The notes under the pieces were generated by a model. It saw only the letters and a program-made list of their open reading frames with translations, searched no databases and was not told the origin of the DNA. The position numbers and the translations under genes were made by a program. Below, piece after piece: positions 1-13,334 of a stretch of 64,000 nt of DNA. Source of the DNA: Neoechinorhynchus agilis. Taxonomy: Eukaryota > Animalia > Acanthocephala. Numbering within the stretch: the first letter of the stretch is position 1; each line of letters starts with the position of its first letter. The stretch is taken from contig CM121342.1 of NCBI GenBank assembly GCA_051530055.1, forward strand, positions 11,919,480 through 11,983,479, in the 5' to 3' direction.

Positions 1-503
1 GAAAGAAGTCTTCACAAAATTTCAAGGATTGGAACCAAGCATAATTGTGTGTACGACAAAGACGGTCTTGCAATTTGAAGATAAATTCTACAAGCAACAG
101 ATCACGTTTAACTTGAACCCTAGCTGAGCTGTTCACGCGAGGGTAGGGAAAAGATGACAGGAGAGATCAGAGCCTCCATATCCTCGCTGACAACATTCAT
201 ATCCTAATCCGGAGGATCTGGAGGCCTTGAATTTCGTGGTGGTCATTCGCCACTTTCCACAGCAAGATTAAGTTGTAAAAACATTTGCTGAGAATTTTTG
301 TTTTCTCTGCTTTATCAAATTATGCGATGGATTGTAGGCGTCAAATTGATTTTGATGGCGCGAATGTGACTAGCGTACAGCCATATTTACGAAATGGTTT
401 GATAATAGAAGCAATCGAAATAGGATGCTCAGTTCAACCGATCGTAGGTAATAAAGCCAGAATCAGTTTAAAAAGTGTCATTGAAAAGGCAGTGGTGCTC
501 TAG
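1..503 (+). mobile_element. Penelope-like retroelement remnants (RT fragment and GIY-YIG C-terminus)
   Basis: 1-110 reads VCTTKTVLQFEDKFYKQ, resembling the PLE RT FQF..KFYKQ segment; 340-480 reads QIDFDGANVTSVQPYLRNGLIIEAIEI, resembling the PLE endonuclease tail; not contiguous. Confidence 0.5.
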
Positions 504-1396
504 CTCAGAGGTTCCAATGGAAAACGAGTCCTGGAACACGAGTTTGACGAACATGTTGCCAGCTAATAAGCAGTACACAGGATAACATCTATGATGTCTG
601 TTTTTTTGGATAACGACCCTTGAGGAAATGTCCGAATTATCCAACGAAATATCGGAAATAAATTAGTGAATTTAAATCCTGGGTGGCAAAACTATGAAAA
701 GAAAGTATCTTTTCCCCGAAGATAATAATCCCAGTAATCATTTTATGGTTGATCGACTATGTGAAGAATTATTTATTTGCATGCGTCGACGAACAAAATG
801 ATATGCTTTGTAATTTGTATAAAAATAGGCTCTCGAACATACGCGCATACAATTGAGAAGGCTGAAAAGTAAATTGAAATTAGTTAGTTAAGTAAGTAAT
901 AAATTTATTGACTATAACTTAAGCTATCTTCTACTTGTCAAAATATAAAGAAATAGTGGTTTCATAAGAGCAAGATAACCCAGAGCATCGAATCTAATTC
1001 AATCTTCAGTAGTAATCGTGAATAATTCCATCTTCTGTATTGTTAATTGCCGGAAGCTTCTTTTTTCGCCCAATCATGAAAGTGTTTTATGCGAATTGAC
1101 TAAATTAGGATCATAAATCTCACTTGCAATCCATACAACTTTTAGCACATTTACATTCGAACTGTTAATCTTTCCGGTTTATCAAGTAGTTTTAGGATTG
1201 GGTGGTTCTACGACAGGTATAAAGCGGGCGGTATTTTTCAACTCAAAACGTTTTCTTGTTAAAATTGGAGACCTTTAATTTTGGGATCGACTCAAAATAT
1301 CCATTATGTTTGAATAGGGTGTTAAATTGTTTTAAAACCGGCACACAAGCTCATATGCCTATTTTTTAAAGATCAACATTTGTCACCTCTTCTGAG

Positions 1397-2492
1397 TTAG
1401 TCCGGGAAAGTCCTTTGATGTAACTGCTCCCACAAAGCGAACTTATCCGCAAATGGATCAGTGTTGTTGTCAGCAATAACGAGTGCATTAAGCGTTTCGT
1501 CGTATATCTTCACTTCGGGAAATTCGACCTTTAAATAGCGTAAGTACCACGAGGAATTTGTCGTTAAAAACAAGAAACCTTGTTCTGCTTCCGTTCAGTG
1601 GAATAAACAATACTAGTACAGCTTATGTCGGTGAGTTTCTGTCCAAATGCAAAGAAGCTCCAACAACAAATTTCCTCACTTCCTGTGACTTCCTTGATAA
1701 ATATTAATCTTTTGTTCAACTTTAAACTTAAACGGTCGAACAGTTCCATGTTTCGCATGAGCATTTCGTCGGACGTACTACAATCATAGATGTTGAATGA
1801 ACTTTCGGTCATTTCGCCCACCTCGTATAAGAATATTTATTATTATGGCGATTTACCATAAGCTTTATAACGGGCTAGAAGTATAGAACTTTATAGAGTC
1901 AAAGACACCAACATCCGCAGAAACTTACCTTGCTAGAATTTGCAATTATTTGATTCGCTTGGCGCCTGCTGCTAACCATAATAATATGCGACTCGTCGTC
2001 ACTCGGTAACGCTTCAGACTTTCCTTTAATATTCTTATCAATAAGTTCAATTAAACCAGACAGACAATAGTAGTCGGCTTCTTGCCTAAGTTCCTGCAAA
2101 TATTGACTGTTACAAGGAAGTACTACATTATTGCCGTCTCTAAGATAATTGAGAACATCGCCGAAATGACGGCCATCCCGATCAATTAGAACCCATCCTT
2201 CGCTGTCCCTCTTGGAATCTATAGCTCCACTAAACATTGCTCGCAGCATTCCATCTTGTTTCAAAAGTGTGTCAGCACTTGTGAGAAACAGTTGACCACC
2301 AACATTTAACTTGACATACTTTCCTCCACTTGAACATATCGACCAGTCCTCTGGTCTTACTATGCATTTTGACTGACTATTGACTACAGACGACTGATCG
2401 CTGTGCCATGGAATTGATGGAAAGTTGAATGTTGAAGCAGAGCCGCGTTCATCATCCGATTGTTTCTCGTCGTCTACCTCTGACCCTAACAT
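1397..2492 (-). CDS. KCTD10: BTB/POZ protein, KCTD10/KCTD13/TNFAIP1 (BACURD) family
   Basis: YVKLNVGG...[22 protein letters not shown] domain, then [34 protein letters not shown] and KQNKVEFPE; GT-AG introns at 1875-1928, 1778-1821, 1529-1578. Confidence 0.9.
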
Positions 2493-4335
2493 TTCTGTAA
2501 TTACAAGCAGGAGGGACAGTCAGTATGCTTCAGTCCTGCATAAACTCTCTCAAGCTCAAACACACATTTAAATATGATCCAAATGGAGACAGTCAATAAA
2601 GTACCGACGCACCTAAATCTCCTTCATCGCGCATTGAAAAGTATTCAAGTCTAATTCATGAAACATTCGGACTCAAAATTGATAGCTAATTTTGAGGATA
2701 AACTACTTCAAAAATGCCATCGCAAAAAAAACAATGTGTGCAATTAACAAATTATTGATAAGCGAGTAAAAATAATAAGCTTTTACTAATTCTACTTGCA
2801 ACGTGCAAAGGCCACTTGGTGGAATGTTATGGGATTTGAGAGTTCTAACAAGATGTAAAATATATTTCGCAAATCATCATTCATGGAGGGTTTCGGCCGA
2901 TTGACAATGTCGATTTTGACACAGCCCCTAGTGCGGTCTATTACCTCGAAGCTGTACTTTGTGTCAATGGGTTGACAGAGTGTAGGTCGCGTTTTGTATG
3001 GAATAATGGGATCCGATTCAGTCTGAGAGGAAACGTTACGTTTTCCCGTATGTGTGAGAAAGTGACTATTTCTAGAGCGGCTCGGTTACTTGTTCACCTT
3101 GTCTCCCTAAGATAAAGTAAAAAATTTGTAGAATGTTAAGAACGGAATTAAGACTAATATTGCCGTTCACTCTTGGGTAATAGTATAGCAGGAAACGGTA
3201 AGATTGGGGCGTGGCACGAGTTCTGAATGCCTAATGACAGAATGTAGCTTATAGTACGCCTATGCTGCTGCTTGCTGCTTGCTGCTGAAAAACGCGATGA
3301 TTCTGGAATTTATTAAAAAAATCCGCAGCATCGGTCGTTTTCGAGAAAAAAGACGCATTCGAATTAAATAAAATCTATGGATTTTTCCTCAGTGGCAATA
3401 TGATAACCTCATGGGGACTGTAAATACAATAGAGACGGAACAGCCTTTATCTCCTTCTAAGCAATTTTTAATAGCAGAGAGATTAAACACGACATATGCA
3501 TACATCATTTATTTTTGGAATGAAATTAATAAATCAATTACTGTTCCTGCAAACGCCTTTCTTTACAAAAATGCCTAAGACATGAATGTATGCTAAGAAA
3601 GCATAATTTTAACTGTACTTCTCGTGTGAATCGCGAAGTCTACTAGGAATACGTCAAAAATCATATTACCTCCTAATGCGCATCGGCGGCTGCTTGATTC
3701 ACATCAAAAGATTCGATGGAACGTTTCTTGTAACTTAAGAACCAACGTCAAATAGCACCAATGGCGAAGTATCCACAACAAATTTTTGGGAAATAGCGAG
3801 CAATCCATGGATTGAAAACAGCAGTGTCCAATCACTCTGAAAAATGATAAAAAGTTCTTAGTTACAAAACTTATTATTTAAGTTTTTCGTCTTGATTATG
3901 GAGCTTATTTCGAATCACAGTGGTTTAATGCTAAAATCGCGAAAACACTTTAAAAAGTAAACGTTTAAAGTTAAATATCGCTTACCCTGAGACTAAATGC
4001 GGAGTGAATGGAAAGCAAAAGAAGTGTAAACTATAAAAATCACACAAAAAACATTCTCTAAGGTGGATTCGTGTTGATCAATATTCTTGATAAAATATGT
4101 TTTATTAAAATATTTTGAAAGGAACATTCGAACAATAATCTAAAAGGATTCTCCATTCCCGAGGTACGGGGCCGTATGCTCGCTCGTTCCCCTGCGTTGT
4201 GTGGCGTTTTCATTAGTTTTTAACACGTCGAGGGCCGGTACTTTTAAGCTATGAGTTTGTTCCCTTCAAACAAGGCAATTTTTAAGATTTTGGTACCTCT
4301 CAACAAAATGCGCACCATCAAAATCTGGCGGAGGT

Positions 4336-4890
4336 GTGTTCAAATCGGCGACAGGCTTCCTTATGTTGGACGGTTCCCTTCATGATGCACCCAAATCTTT
4401 CGTTCGACGACGGATCAGTGTGTCTCTTCGCCTTGAAAGAGCTTACGTAGGTGATTTCTTTATTGTGTGGTATAACAAAACTACAACCTTCGTTTCATCG
4501 TTGATGAAGTCGATCGAATTTGTGTTGTGTGGTTAGTAATAGCATCCTTTGATCCCGAAGTCTATTATTCGCCTAGGATTCCTCGACGGTGGATAGGATC
4601 ATAAAAGCTCGTCGAAAATGGGAAGTAACTGCGAATATTTTATACTTCAAAGGTTGGTGGCGAGATTAGTGTGGTGTTCCCCATGGCACGTTCGACTTCC
4701 GAATTAATGCTGTATTAGGTACCACGGGTCAATGTTAAACCGTTTTACTTTGCAATTTTCGTTAAGTTTACCAATAATTCAACCTTTTTCGGCAGTGATA
4801 CATTGGTGAAGAAGGCCTTCACATCGGCAGTAAACATCCTTTTTGCTCGACGTTTCGTTTCTTGATCTCAATTGCAAATGTAGGGCCATC
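4336..4890 (-). mobile_element. Degenerate Penelope-like RT fragment
   Basis: Minus strand near 4770-4840 reads MFTADVKAFFTNVSL, resembling the PLE RT DV.SLFTNVP motif; surrounding frames are broken. Confidence 0.4.
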
Positions 4891-5334
4891 GTGCTCGAGA
4901 TATAGATTATTTTTTAACAACTAGAGAAATAATAAAATGATTTTTTGAAGTCTAGCTAACCGGTTACATTTATTTTGTGTATAAGTGTAGTCTTTGCTTT
5001 AAATTGAAACGCTAAGTTTTATTTTTAAATTGACACTTGGGTGGGCTGCTTTAATGATGAACTGAATCTTTATTTTCAAGCTTTCGCCCTTTCTGGGGCA
5101 CTGTCGAGCTGATGTTCAGAACTCTCTCTCGCATTGTCCTCGGAAACACCTTCCCCTTCAAACCGCCTTTACAACGAACGACTTTTGGAGACCGTACTAA
5201 TCCTTAATAAAATGATGCACGAATATGGCCATGTTCGGCAAATATTTGTTCATGACCATAAAATCATAGGTTGCAAAAACGGAGACTAACAACGAGTAAT
5301 CGACCTAAATGTATTGATCATATTTCGCACCCTC

Positions 5335-6955
5335 GTGTTTGCGTATTCGTCACGTGCGTATTCTTCGATTGCGTATTCGCCATTTGCGTATTCGTGATGT
5401 GCGTATTCTTCGTTAGCGAATTCTTCGTTTCCGTATTCGTCTTGCGCGTATTCATCACGTGTGTGTTCTACGTTTGCGTATTCATCGCGTGCGTATTCTT
5501 CGTTAACGAATTCGTCGTATGCGTATTCTTCGTTTGCGTACCCGTCGTTTGCGTATTCGTCGTTTTCGTATTCGTAGTGTGTGTATTCTTCGTTAGCGAA
5601 TTCGTCATGCGCGTATTAATCACGTGCGTATGCTTCGTTTTCGTATTCGTCATGCGCCTATTAATCACGTGCGTATTCTGTTTGCGTATTCGTCGTTTAC
5701 GTGTTCGTTATGCGCGCATTCTTCATTTGCGTATAAGTCGTGGTCGTATTCGTCATGCGCGTGTTGTTCGTGTGCGTATGGTTCGTTTTCGTATTCGTCG
5801 TGTGCGTAGTCGTCATCGCGTTAATATTCGTCATGCGCGTATTCTTCGCCTGCGTATGCTTCGTTTTCGTATTCATTGTTTGCGTATTCATCGCGTGAAT
5901 ATTCGTCATGCTGGTATTTTTCGTGTGCGTATGCTTTGTTTTCATATTCGTCATGCGCTTATTCATCACGTGCGTATTCTTCGTTGGCGTTTGCGTCCTT
6001 TGCGTATTCATCGCGTTAATATTCGTCATGTGCGCATTCTTCGTTTGCATATTCGCCGTGTGCGTATTCTTCGTTTGACAACTCGTCGTCTGCGTATTCG
6101 TCGTTTTCGTATTCAGCGCGTGCACATTCGTCATGCGCGTTCTTGCCCGGTGCGTATTCTTCGTTTGCGTATTCATCGCGTCCGAATTCGTCGTTTGCGT
6201 TTTCGTCATGCGCGCATTTTTCGCAAGCGTATTCTTCGTTTGTGTATTTTTTTCGTATGGTCCCTGTGCGCATTCGTCATGGTCGTATTCTTCGTTAGCT
6301 AATTCCTCGTAAGCGTATTCGTCATTGTCGTACTCGTCGTGTTAGTATTCATCATGTGCGTACTCTTCGTTAGCGAATTCGCCTCGTGCGTATTCTTCGT
6401 TGGAGTTCGCGACGTTTGCGCATTCATCGCGTGAATATTCGCCATGTGCGCATTCTTATTTGCATATTCGTCACGTGCGCATTCTTCGTTAGCGAATTCG
6501 TCGTTTCCGTATTCGTCGTGTCCGTATTCGTCATGGGCGCATTCTTCGTTAGCAAATTGTCGTTTCCGTATTCGTCACGCGAGTATTAATCACTGCGTCT
6601 TCTTGGTTTGCGTATTTGTCGTTTATGCATTCGACGTGTGTGTATTAGTCGTGTGCATATTCGTCATGTGCATTATCACCTAAGCTGCGTATTCTTCGTT
6701 TGCGTATTCGTTATGTGCGCATTCTTTGTTTACATATTATTCGTGGGCTATGCGCGTATTAATCACGTGCGTGTTCTTCGTTTGTGTATTCTTCGCGTTC
6801 GTATTCGTCATGCGCGCATTCACCACGTGGTATTCTTCGTTTGCGTATTCGTCGTTTGTCATTCATCGCGTGGATATTCGTCACGCGCGCGTTCTTCGTT
6901 TGCGTATTTGTCGTGCACGTAATCGTCGTGCGCATATTCGTCGTGTGCGCATATG
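5335..6955. repeat. Degenerate 15-bp minisatellite (core cgtattcgtcatgcg / cgtattcttcgtttg)
   Basis: About 1.6 kb of variant 15-mers; the minus strand translates to DEYAH/NEEYA pentapeptides, broken by stops and frameshifts. Confidence 0.9.
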
Positions 6956-7514
6956 GTATTTTTAACGAAAGTAGCCTTGATCACGTGCCGTCGGCATTGA
7001 GCCCGAGTAAAAAAGAAAGATTCATTAATTTAAAAAATCGTTTAATCCTGACATAAAAAGGCGGATTTCAAAATATTTCGAATCACGACGCACTTCTCGG
7101 AAATATTCCCTTACCAATTTTTGACCCATTTTATTCGATAGCGCGGAGCAGCCAAGAGTTCTCTTGCGTTCGGTGCTCGACTTTTTCCTGGTCCGCGTTG
7201 AGTAACAAGTAAAGACCTTAGCTTTTGATCAACACTCTTGTTCCATATTCCACGATTTCTCAGGACATACGGATTCATCCAATATCCCCAGCATCGGTAG
7301 AAATGACCCATTTTTAGAGCCGAGGTGATTTCTGAATTATTAAACAAAAATTCTCCAATCATTTATAAAACGAAAGAACGAGAATCATACGACTGACTAA
7401 AAAACCTAGTCCATTTTCGTCAGTATTTGCGCGTCCACTTTTATCAAAAACATAACTGCCAACAAGAAACATAAATTTTTTGTTTGAAAACATCCATTTT
7501 GCAATTTAAATACC

Positions 7515-10129
7515 CTACCAAGGAGCATCAAAGTCGTCTACCAACTTTTTCTTGGTGTCCCTGATCGATGTACGCCCGCGAGTTCTCCCGACTCTCCGTG
7601 TTGCACGTCGTCGTGTTGTTCCTGCATTTCCTCTTTGAGTCCTTAGAGTTGCATCAACTTTCACAAAAGACTCTCCATCCTCGTTATCCACATAAGATCG
7701 TTTCTTATCAACAATGTTTTCGTTCGGTTTGTTCGACGCCGCTTCATCCAGTTCCAAGTTATCCATTTCTGCGATCCGCTTCAAGGAAACATCGTCTATG
7801 GATATGCTACTGAAATATGCATCCATTTGTGCACCCGATCGCATTTCGTTCATCGTAGCCTTTAAGGATCCCTAACAACGGTTGTTTTAGCTCAGACAGA
7901 TAAAAAACTCAAAACGAAGTAAACCTTTATTTGATCAATGGATGATTCTACGAAATCGTGAATGGAAACGCGTTCGTCCTTATCCACAAATTTTATTATT
8001 GCTTCTATTGAATCTTTCTCAGTGAATAACTCAAGCTTATGTGATGTTTCAGCCGATTTAAAATATTGATTCATTATAAATTCAACCCTTTCTGATGCTG
8101 CAACCTCTCTATCATGTCCGAGAACATCGTCCTTGTTTGTTAAATCAATGTTAGTAAAACTTGATCCAACCTTCAGTTGGGCACGGTGCAGCTTCCTCCT
8201 ACGAACATAAAACTTTCAAACGATTTCAAAGCTTATTTGAAATTATTTTAAGCAACAGTTGCTGATGTGTGACGCTAGCGAATTTTAACGGAAGCTCATA
8301 GGAAGTCAGACATTCTGCAAACGCAAAAAAAATCGGGTCAACTCACTTGAAGCTTATCATTGTCTTTGGATTAGCGACTTTATCCACATATCGTTGACCA
8401 AACCTTGACGAATGAATTTCTGCATCATCGTAATCGCACTCAAGACGAATGCGCACGAGTGGTTTCAATGGTTGTTTGCAGTGTCCCGAACGGGTCAACT
8501 GAGCATCTTCAATCAATCCGTCTACCTTAATTTCAAAATAGTTGACAAGGGGCGCTTATAGTTTTTCAGAGTGTTAGAACCTTTTTGGTCAAAACTTTTT
8601 CCAATTTCACTGAATCTATACGTCCATCGTCATATTTTGGCAATGTTGGTTCGTGTATAGTTTCCATAAAGAATTGCCTCACCGTCTTTAAGGCCAGTGG
8701 TTCCATCACAAAGTTTTTTTGATACACTTTAAGAAGAAATACATGCTTAGGAAGATCCTCGCCTTCGTTCAAAGAAGTAGCTACACTGCTACCTGGCTGA
8801 TTGACGTAGAATTGCTGAATCGGATTCCACGAGAGATTGGTGTGGCAGTCATGTTCGTGACCCCATATTATCAAGTCAAGGAATGCGTTCAGAAAGTGCT
8901 CCGGAATAAAATTTGTCGATGAACCCCTGACTATTCTATCGCAACCGGTGCAGCTTTCCCGAAGTAGATTACTTTTTCTTAGTGTTGTAGGAACCTTTAC
9001 GGTGTAACGAACTGGTCGTTTCGCGTATTCGCAACCAATCGTAAGCGAAAAAACCCATAGAGGTGACTGCAGCGACGGATAGAAGCAAGGAATTTGCGAT
9101 TGTTGCCAATGCCATATCAAGTACGGGGAAAACACCCTTTTCAGGACTATTCAAAACGTACTGATTTCTCAACCGCATGTTGTCCTTTTCGATTATTCTT
9201 ATTTAAGCGTTTTAAATAATAGAAAGCGAATGTTTATTTTGGACCGATATTTCAGATCCTGAAAAAACACGCGATTGCTTGAAAGATTTTTCAAGTGTTT
9301 TGTCTAAAATGAAATTCCTTTTTAATACTAACAAAGTATTCGAAAATTTGAGCAATTTAAAAAGTCTTCAACCAAATTCTAAAACTAATATCCATGCACT
9401 ATTTTGATCTCTCTCTCATTGTAGATCCCACCCAATCATAGAAACCATAGCGCCGGTTGCATTATTCTGATGAATAACAAAAATACTGAACCAGTTTTCT
9501 TGATCCTGTTTTGGACGTAAGACATCCACATGATTTCTGGAGAACAAATGGTGTATTCGTTCATCTCGGGTGCTGCCAAGACCATATAAAGCCAGTTTAG
9601 AGCATCCCTTCTGCATCAAAATAGGAAGTATTTCAGGATGGTCGATGTTTTTACATTTTCCAAAATAATTGATTAATCCGCTCGAGCTCAGTATATCGAG
9701 CACACTCAGCATTCCCGCTCCAGTTGGATCATCATGGTTTCCATGAATGGTGAAAACGGGGATCTGCACTCGCAAATTTGGATCTTCAAAATTAGCCCAG
9801 GGAAACAATGAACTTTGAAAGTTGGTGGATTGATCACTCACAATATCGAATTTAATCCTTTGGTTATCACCACAGCAGTAGTGCCGCAGCAGTGAAATAC
9901 ATCGATTTAGAGAGTATCGTGAAGGTTTATTTTCATGGAATAGATCGCCACCGAGTAAAATGAAATCCACTTCATTATCTCGTGCTAATTGAAGAATTTC
10001 TTCAAATGTATTCAAACTATCATCCCGGCGTTCAGGGTCCGTATCCATGAATCCAATGTGATTATCGCTAGCAACCAGAATTTTGAAAACGTCATCGCCC
10101 TTTGGCATTTCGATCTGCGAATCATCCAT
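7515..10129 (-). CDS. MRE11: Double-strand break repair nuclease MRE11
   Basis: ILVASDNHIG, LLGGDLFHENKPSR, FTIHGNHDDP, IHQNR, WGHEHDC, QPGSSVATSL motifs and a C-terminal GAR-like RG tract; exons 10129-9463, 8936-8581, 8525-8347, 8198-7925, 7871-7515. Confidence 0.95.
8937..9464 (-). other. TA-bounded non-canonical intron-like insert in MRE11 (526 nt)
   Basis: Sense: cagaa TA at gcaaccggcgc ... gcaccggttgc ga TA gaatagtc; excision gives HQNRIVRGSSTNFIPE. Confidence 0.9.
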
Positions 10130-10439
10130 ATAAACCGAATTTTGCAAGTCGAACAGGACAGTAAGGTTGATTATTTAAAAAGAAATAGCCAAGGGCTGTG
10201 AAGTAAAGTTCTTTCTCGGTAGGTGGAAGCTGATTACTGATCAATAAATTTGGTAAATACTCGAATTGAATCCTCAAGGGAGCAGATTGGGTACTATAAT
10301 CTATGATATGCTTAATTGTAATCATGATCACAACTTTAATATTTACTGTTTAAGATACCAAAGCAGAAACCGGATAAAATTTTCAAACGAAAATTATAAT
10401 TTCGTAGATTATTTCAAACGCTATTAATTTCTAAGTCCC

Positions 10440-10640
10440 GATAGGAACGGAGGAATATCTTATAAAAACAGATCGCTGCCCGGGGATCCCTTGACCTTGC
10501 GCCATTTTCCAACTTTGCTTAAAAATCCTGCGGTGCTTGTTCCGATGGCTCCAATTGTCTCAATGGCGAGATGTTGAAAAATGAAGAGCGACGTATCCAG
10601 GCATTTGTATTTTTCCCTTTGTATTAACAGCGTTGAACGC
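10440..10640 (-). mobile_element. CRE-like (RLE-type) non-LTR 3-prime remnant
   Basis: KYKCLDTSLFIFQHLAIETIGAIG...GFLSKVGK; similar in sequence to 55290-55400. Confidence 0.6.
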
Positions 10641-10742
10641 CTAGGAAAATTACAATCGAAGCAGAAAGGACATCGAGCAATCTTTAGATCTTTAAAAAGT
10701 TTTTTGAAAGGTTATTCGTTTTATTTTGAAGATATAACATAA

Positions 10743-13334
10743 TTATTCGCCGTCCTCGTACTCAATTGTCGCCCGAATGCTTACAGTGTTGCATCTCAAC
10801 ACAGCGTTACCTATTTGACCTCTGACTGGCCAAATCTCATCTACAGCATTAATCTCGGCCACGCAAGCTATAAATGACAATAGAACGGGTGTCGAAATGA
10901 AAGCAACATGACTAATGTTTTTTCTGTAATCCTTTAAGATATTCACAAGTGCCGGTCTACAGTGATTGATTGTTGGCATTCTCGATATTTGCACAATCGC
11001 TGTTCGCAATGCACTAAGATATCGTTCTGCATCATGGTTACCACGAAATCCAGTCAATTTAATCAAGAGCCTCAGTGACCGCAGGAGAGCACATTCGTGG
11101 TGGATGCTGTACCAGCATTCGCTTACTGGCGACGTTTTTGGTCTTCGTAAAATCGGGAGGTCAGACATTGGCTGATTCTTGTTTTGGGCGATTGAACAAA
11201 AACCACGTTCTATGTGTAACAGAACGCCTGCCATGCGGTCAATTATAATGTTTCCGGTCGAATCATCTTGAATGTGGCGAGACACTAGCTCGATTGCTTT
11301 AAGAACAAGATCGTTATCACAGTAGCCAAGTCCACAGGCCAATTCCTTCGCCAATTCTTGTCGGCAAGCAAGCACGAGCTGTCCAAGTGGAACACTCGCA
11401 CAGGTCGAAACCTTATTCAATATGTTCGGCCATTGTTCACAGTCGTAGCAGCCGGATGTCAGCAACAAAATCAACTTCGGAAAGTACTTCACGACAAATT
11501 TGGCGACGTGTTCTTCGTTCTTAAGAAGTGTTGCTGCAGTTATACGTTGCATTGCAAATGCGTGTGCTATTATTAGATAATCATTTTGCTTGATAACCGA
11601 TACGGCCCGATCACCTATAACTTCCGACAGAGAATCAATCGTAGGGTAGCTTTTGCCAATCAGAAGTGCAATGGTATCACCGCATTGTGATATTATGGTG
11701 CGTAGTGTTTCGTTCGGACAAGTGTCGAATATAGTCCGCATAGCAACAAGACACGAAACTTCTTCGTGAAACGGATCAGGATTTCGTGAGAGACATAAGA
11801 GATTGCCAACAAAGTCAGTGGATTCAAGTTTAGCATTGACGCTAACACTTGCCTGCATCCACAAGTTCATTCGAAGTTGACTTTCTGGAATCGATGCAAA
11901 GTGCCGACTAATGGCATGAGCCAATTTGTCATCAAAATCAGAATGTTGAGCTAGTTCTATCATTTCCTCGAACTTTGCAGAGGTAAAATTTGTTTGCGGA
12001 TCGGCATCACAGATCGTACAGCGGAAGGCTTGGCAAAATCCAGTATAAATATCAGTCAAATTGTTAAGGGAAAGATTGAGTTCAATGTCGGCATGTTCTG
12101 TTGGTAGAGCGAAACGGCATCCGGTAGATGAAAGGCATATGATTGCCCTTGCGATTCCGGGTAACTTTGAATAGCACAGCTCACTAACGTCAGACTGTTC
12201 AATTGGCCAACTGTGCTTGTAAAAAAGGAACATGCACAGAGTGATTGCCGTTTTCTTAGTTACGGCTTTCCAACATTCGGATGCCCTATGACTAGTCGGA
12301 AGAGTCAAAACAAGCCATGTCTCCATTGGGTCGAGTATGGTTACTTTATCCAACAACAAATCGATAACGCTAATCATGGTTCTTTCATTAATGACAAACT
12401 TGTCAGTACAAACAGATGACGAGAGAAGCAGAGCTTTCCAATGAAAATCGTTTGAAGAAATGTTATGCTCTATCATTGCTTGTACTTCTTTTATTTCAAC
12501 ATGTGCCTCGCAAGTTCCCTCCCGGCACCGAAATTTTGGTTCGTATACACTATCGTTTGCATTGCTTGCCGAGCTGAATATCACATCAGTTAAAAACTTA
12601 CATTTTTCAACTGAGGTTATCGAAGCTCGTAGGAGTTGGTTAAGAAATACGTGTCCCGGTTTATGTGATATTTTAGAGCCGTGTTCCAGGAGCAGTGCCA
12701 CCTTAAGTACATGAGAACTTGTAAGATCGTGTAATATTATCGAGCTATTTTCGTGATGAATTTTTGGAATGTTCCAGCGAACATTTCAACATACAAACTA
12801 GGATAAGAAAACTTCATGAAAATAGCTTTCCACATCTCTGAGGCACGACCTCGTGTCGTTTGAAAGCACAGACAAATGTTCCTGATAGAGCTCGACATTT
12901 GCTTCCACTATTGCGCATGCAACACCAAGATTTTGCATGTTATATGAACGTTCTAGGGCTTCCGCAGACACGCAACTGAACTCCATGGAACACTTTTTCA
13001 CGAATTGAACAATGTTATGAGTGCAATATGTACCTTTTGTTTCGAGCAAGTTTTCAATCGCTTCCGAGATTAAAAGATCGTCAATTTCGTTGGTTATGTT
13101 CATCAATCGCGATATTGTGCCACATGAAGAGTCGATGATATCATGAACAATTTGGTCTTGGAATTCTCCTAGTTCAAGTGTTCTCGAAACATAGAGAAAC
13201 CTGATATAAAATTTATTCGATCCGTCCCCTATTTCGAGTAAATAGCGAACGCTAAAAATTGAGACACCCACTAAGTATTTCGATATGTATTTTCGGTGAT
13301 AAGAAAAATATATATATTGATTTATTATTCTCAA
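10743..13334 (-). CDS. ATR-like protein, N-terminal half only (ends after a UME-like domain)
   Basis: LGQLVLACRQELAKELACGLG...DRMAGVLLHIE...LLRSLRLLIKLTG...RYLSALRTAI parallels the region of ATR before and within the UME domain; likely GT-AG intron 12702-12812; true 5-prime end unresolved; no FAT or kinase domain follows. Confidence 0.6.

Noticed and set aside
120-390. TA...TA segment with weak gctgt/acagc complementarity
   Set aside because: The flanks look like separate Penelope-like fragments, and the join gives no sensible protein.
900-1370. Possible Penelope endonuclease remnant, also near 2820-3050
   Set aside because: Only vague motif resemblance with many stops.
5271-6302. 343-aa Arg/Val-rich ORF
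   Set aside because: Starts at TTG and is a by-product of a stop-poor 15-bp repeat.
7111-7362. 83-aa minus-strand ORF with a gtaag donor downstream of MRE11
   Set aside because: No recognisable homology; the predicted next exon stops quickly.
10122-10331. 69-aa ORF overlapping the MRE11 start
   Set aside because: No homology; it could be a chance ORF and does not resemble an ATR continuation.
12702-12812. In-frame stops between the two ATR-like ORFs tested as a TA insert
   Set aside because: No in-frame TA pair with a convincing stem; an in-frame GT-AG intron of 111 nt explains it.
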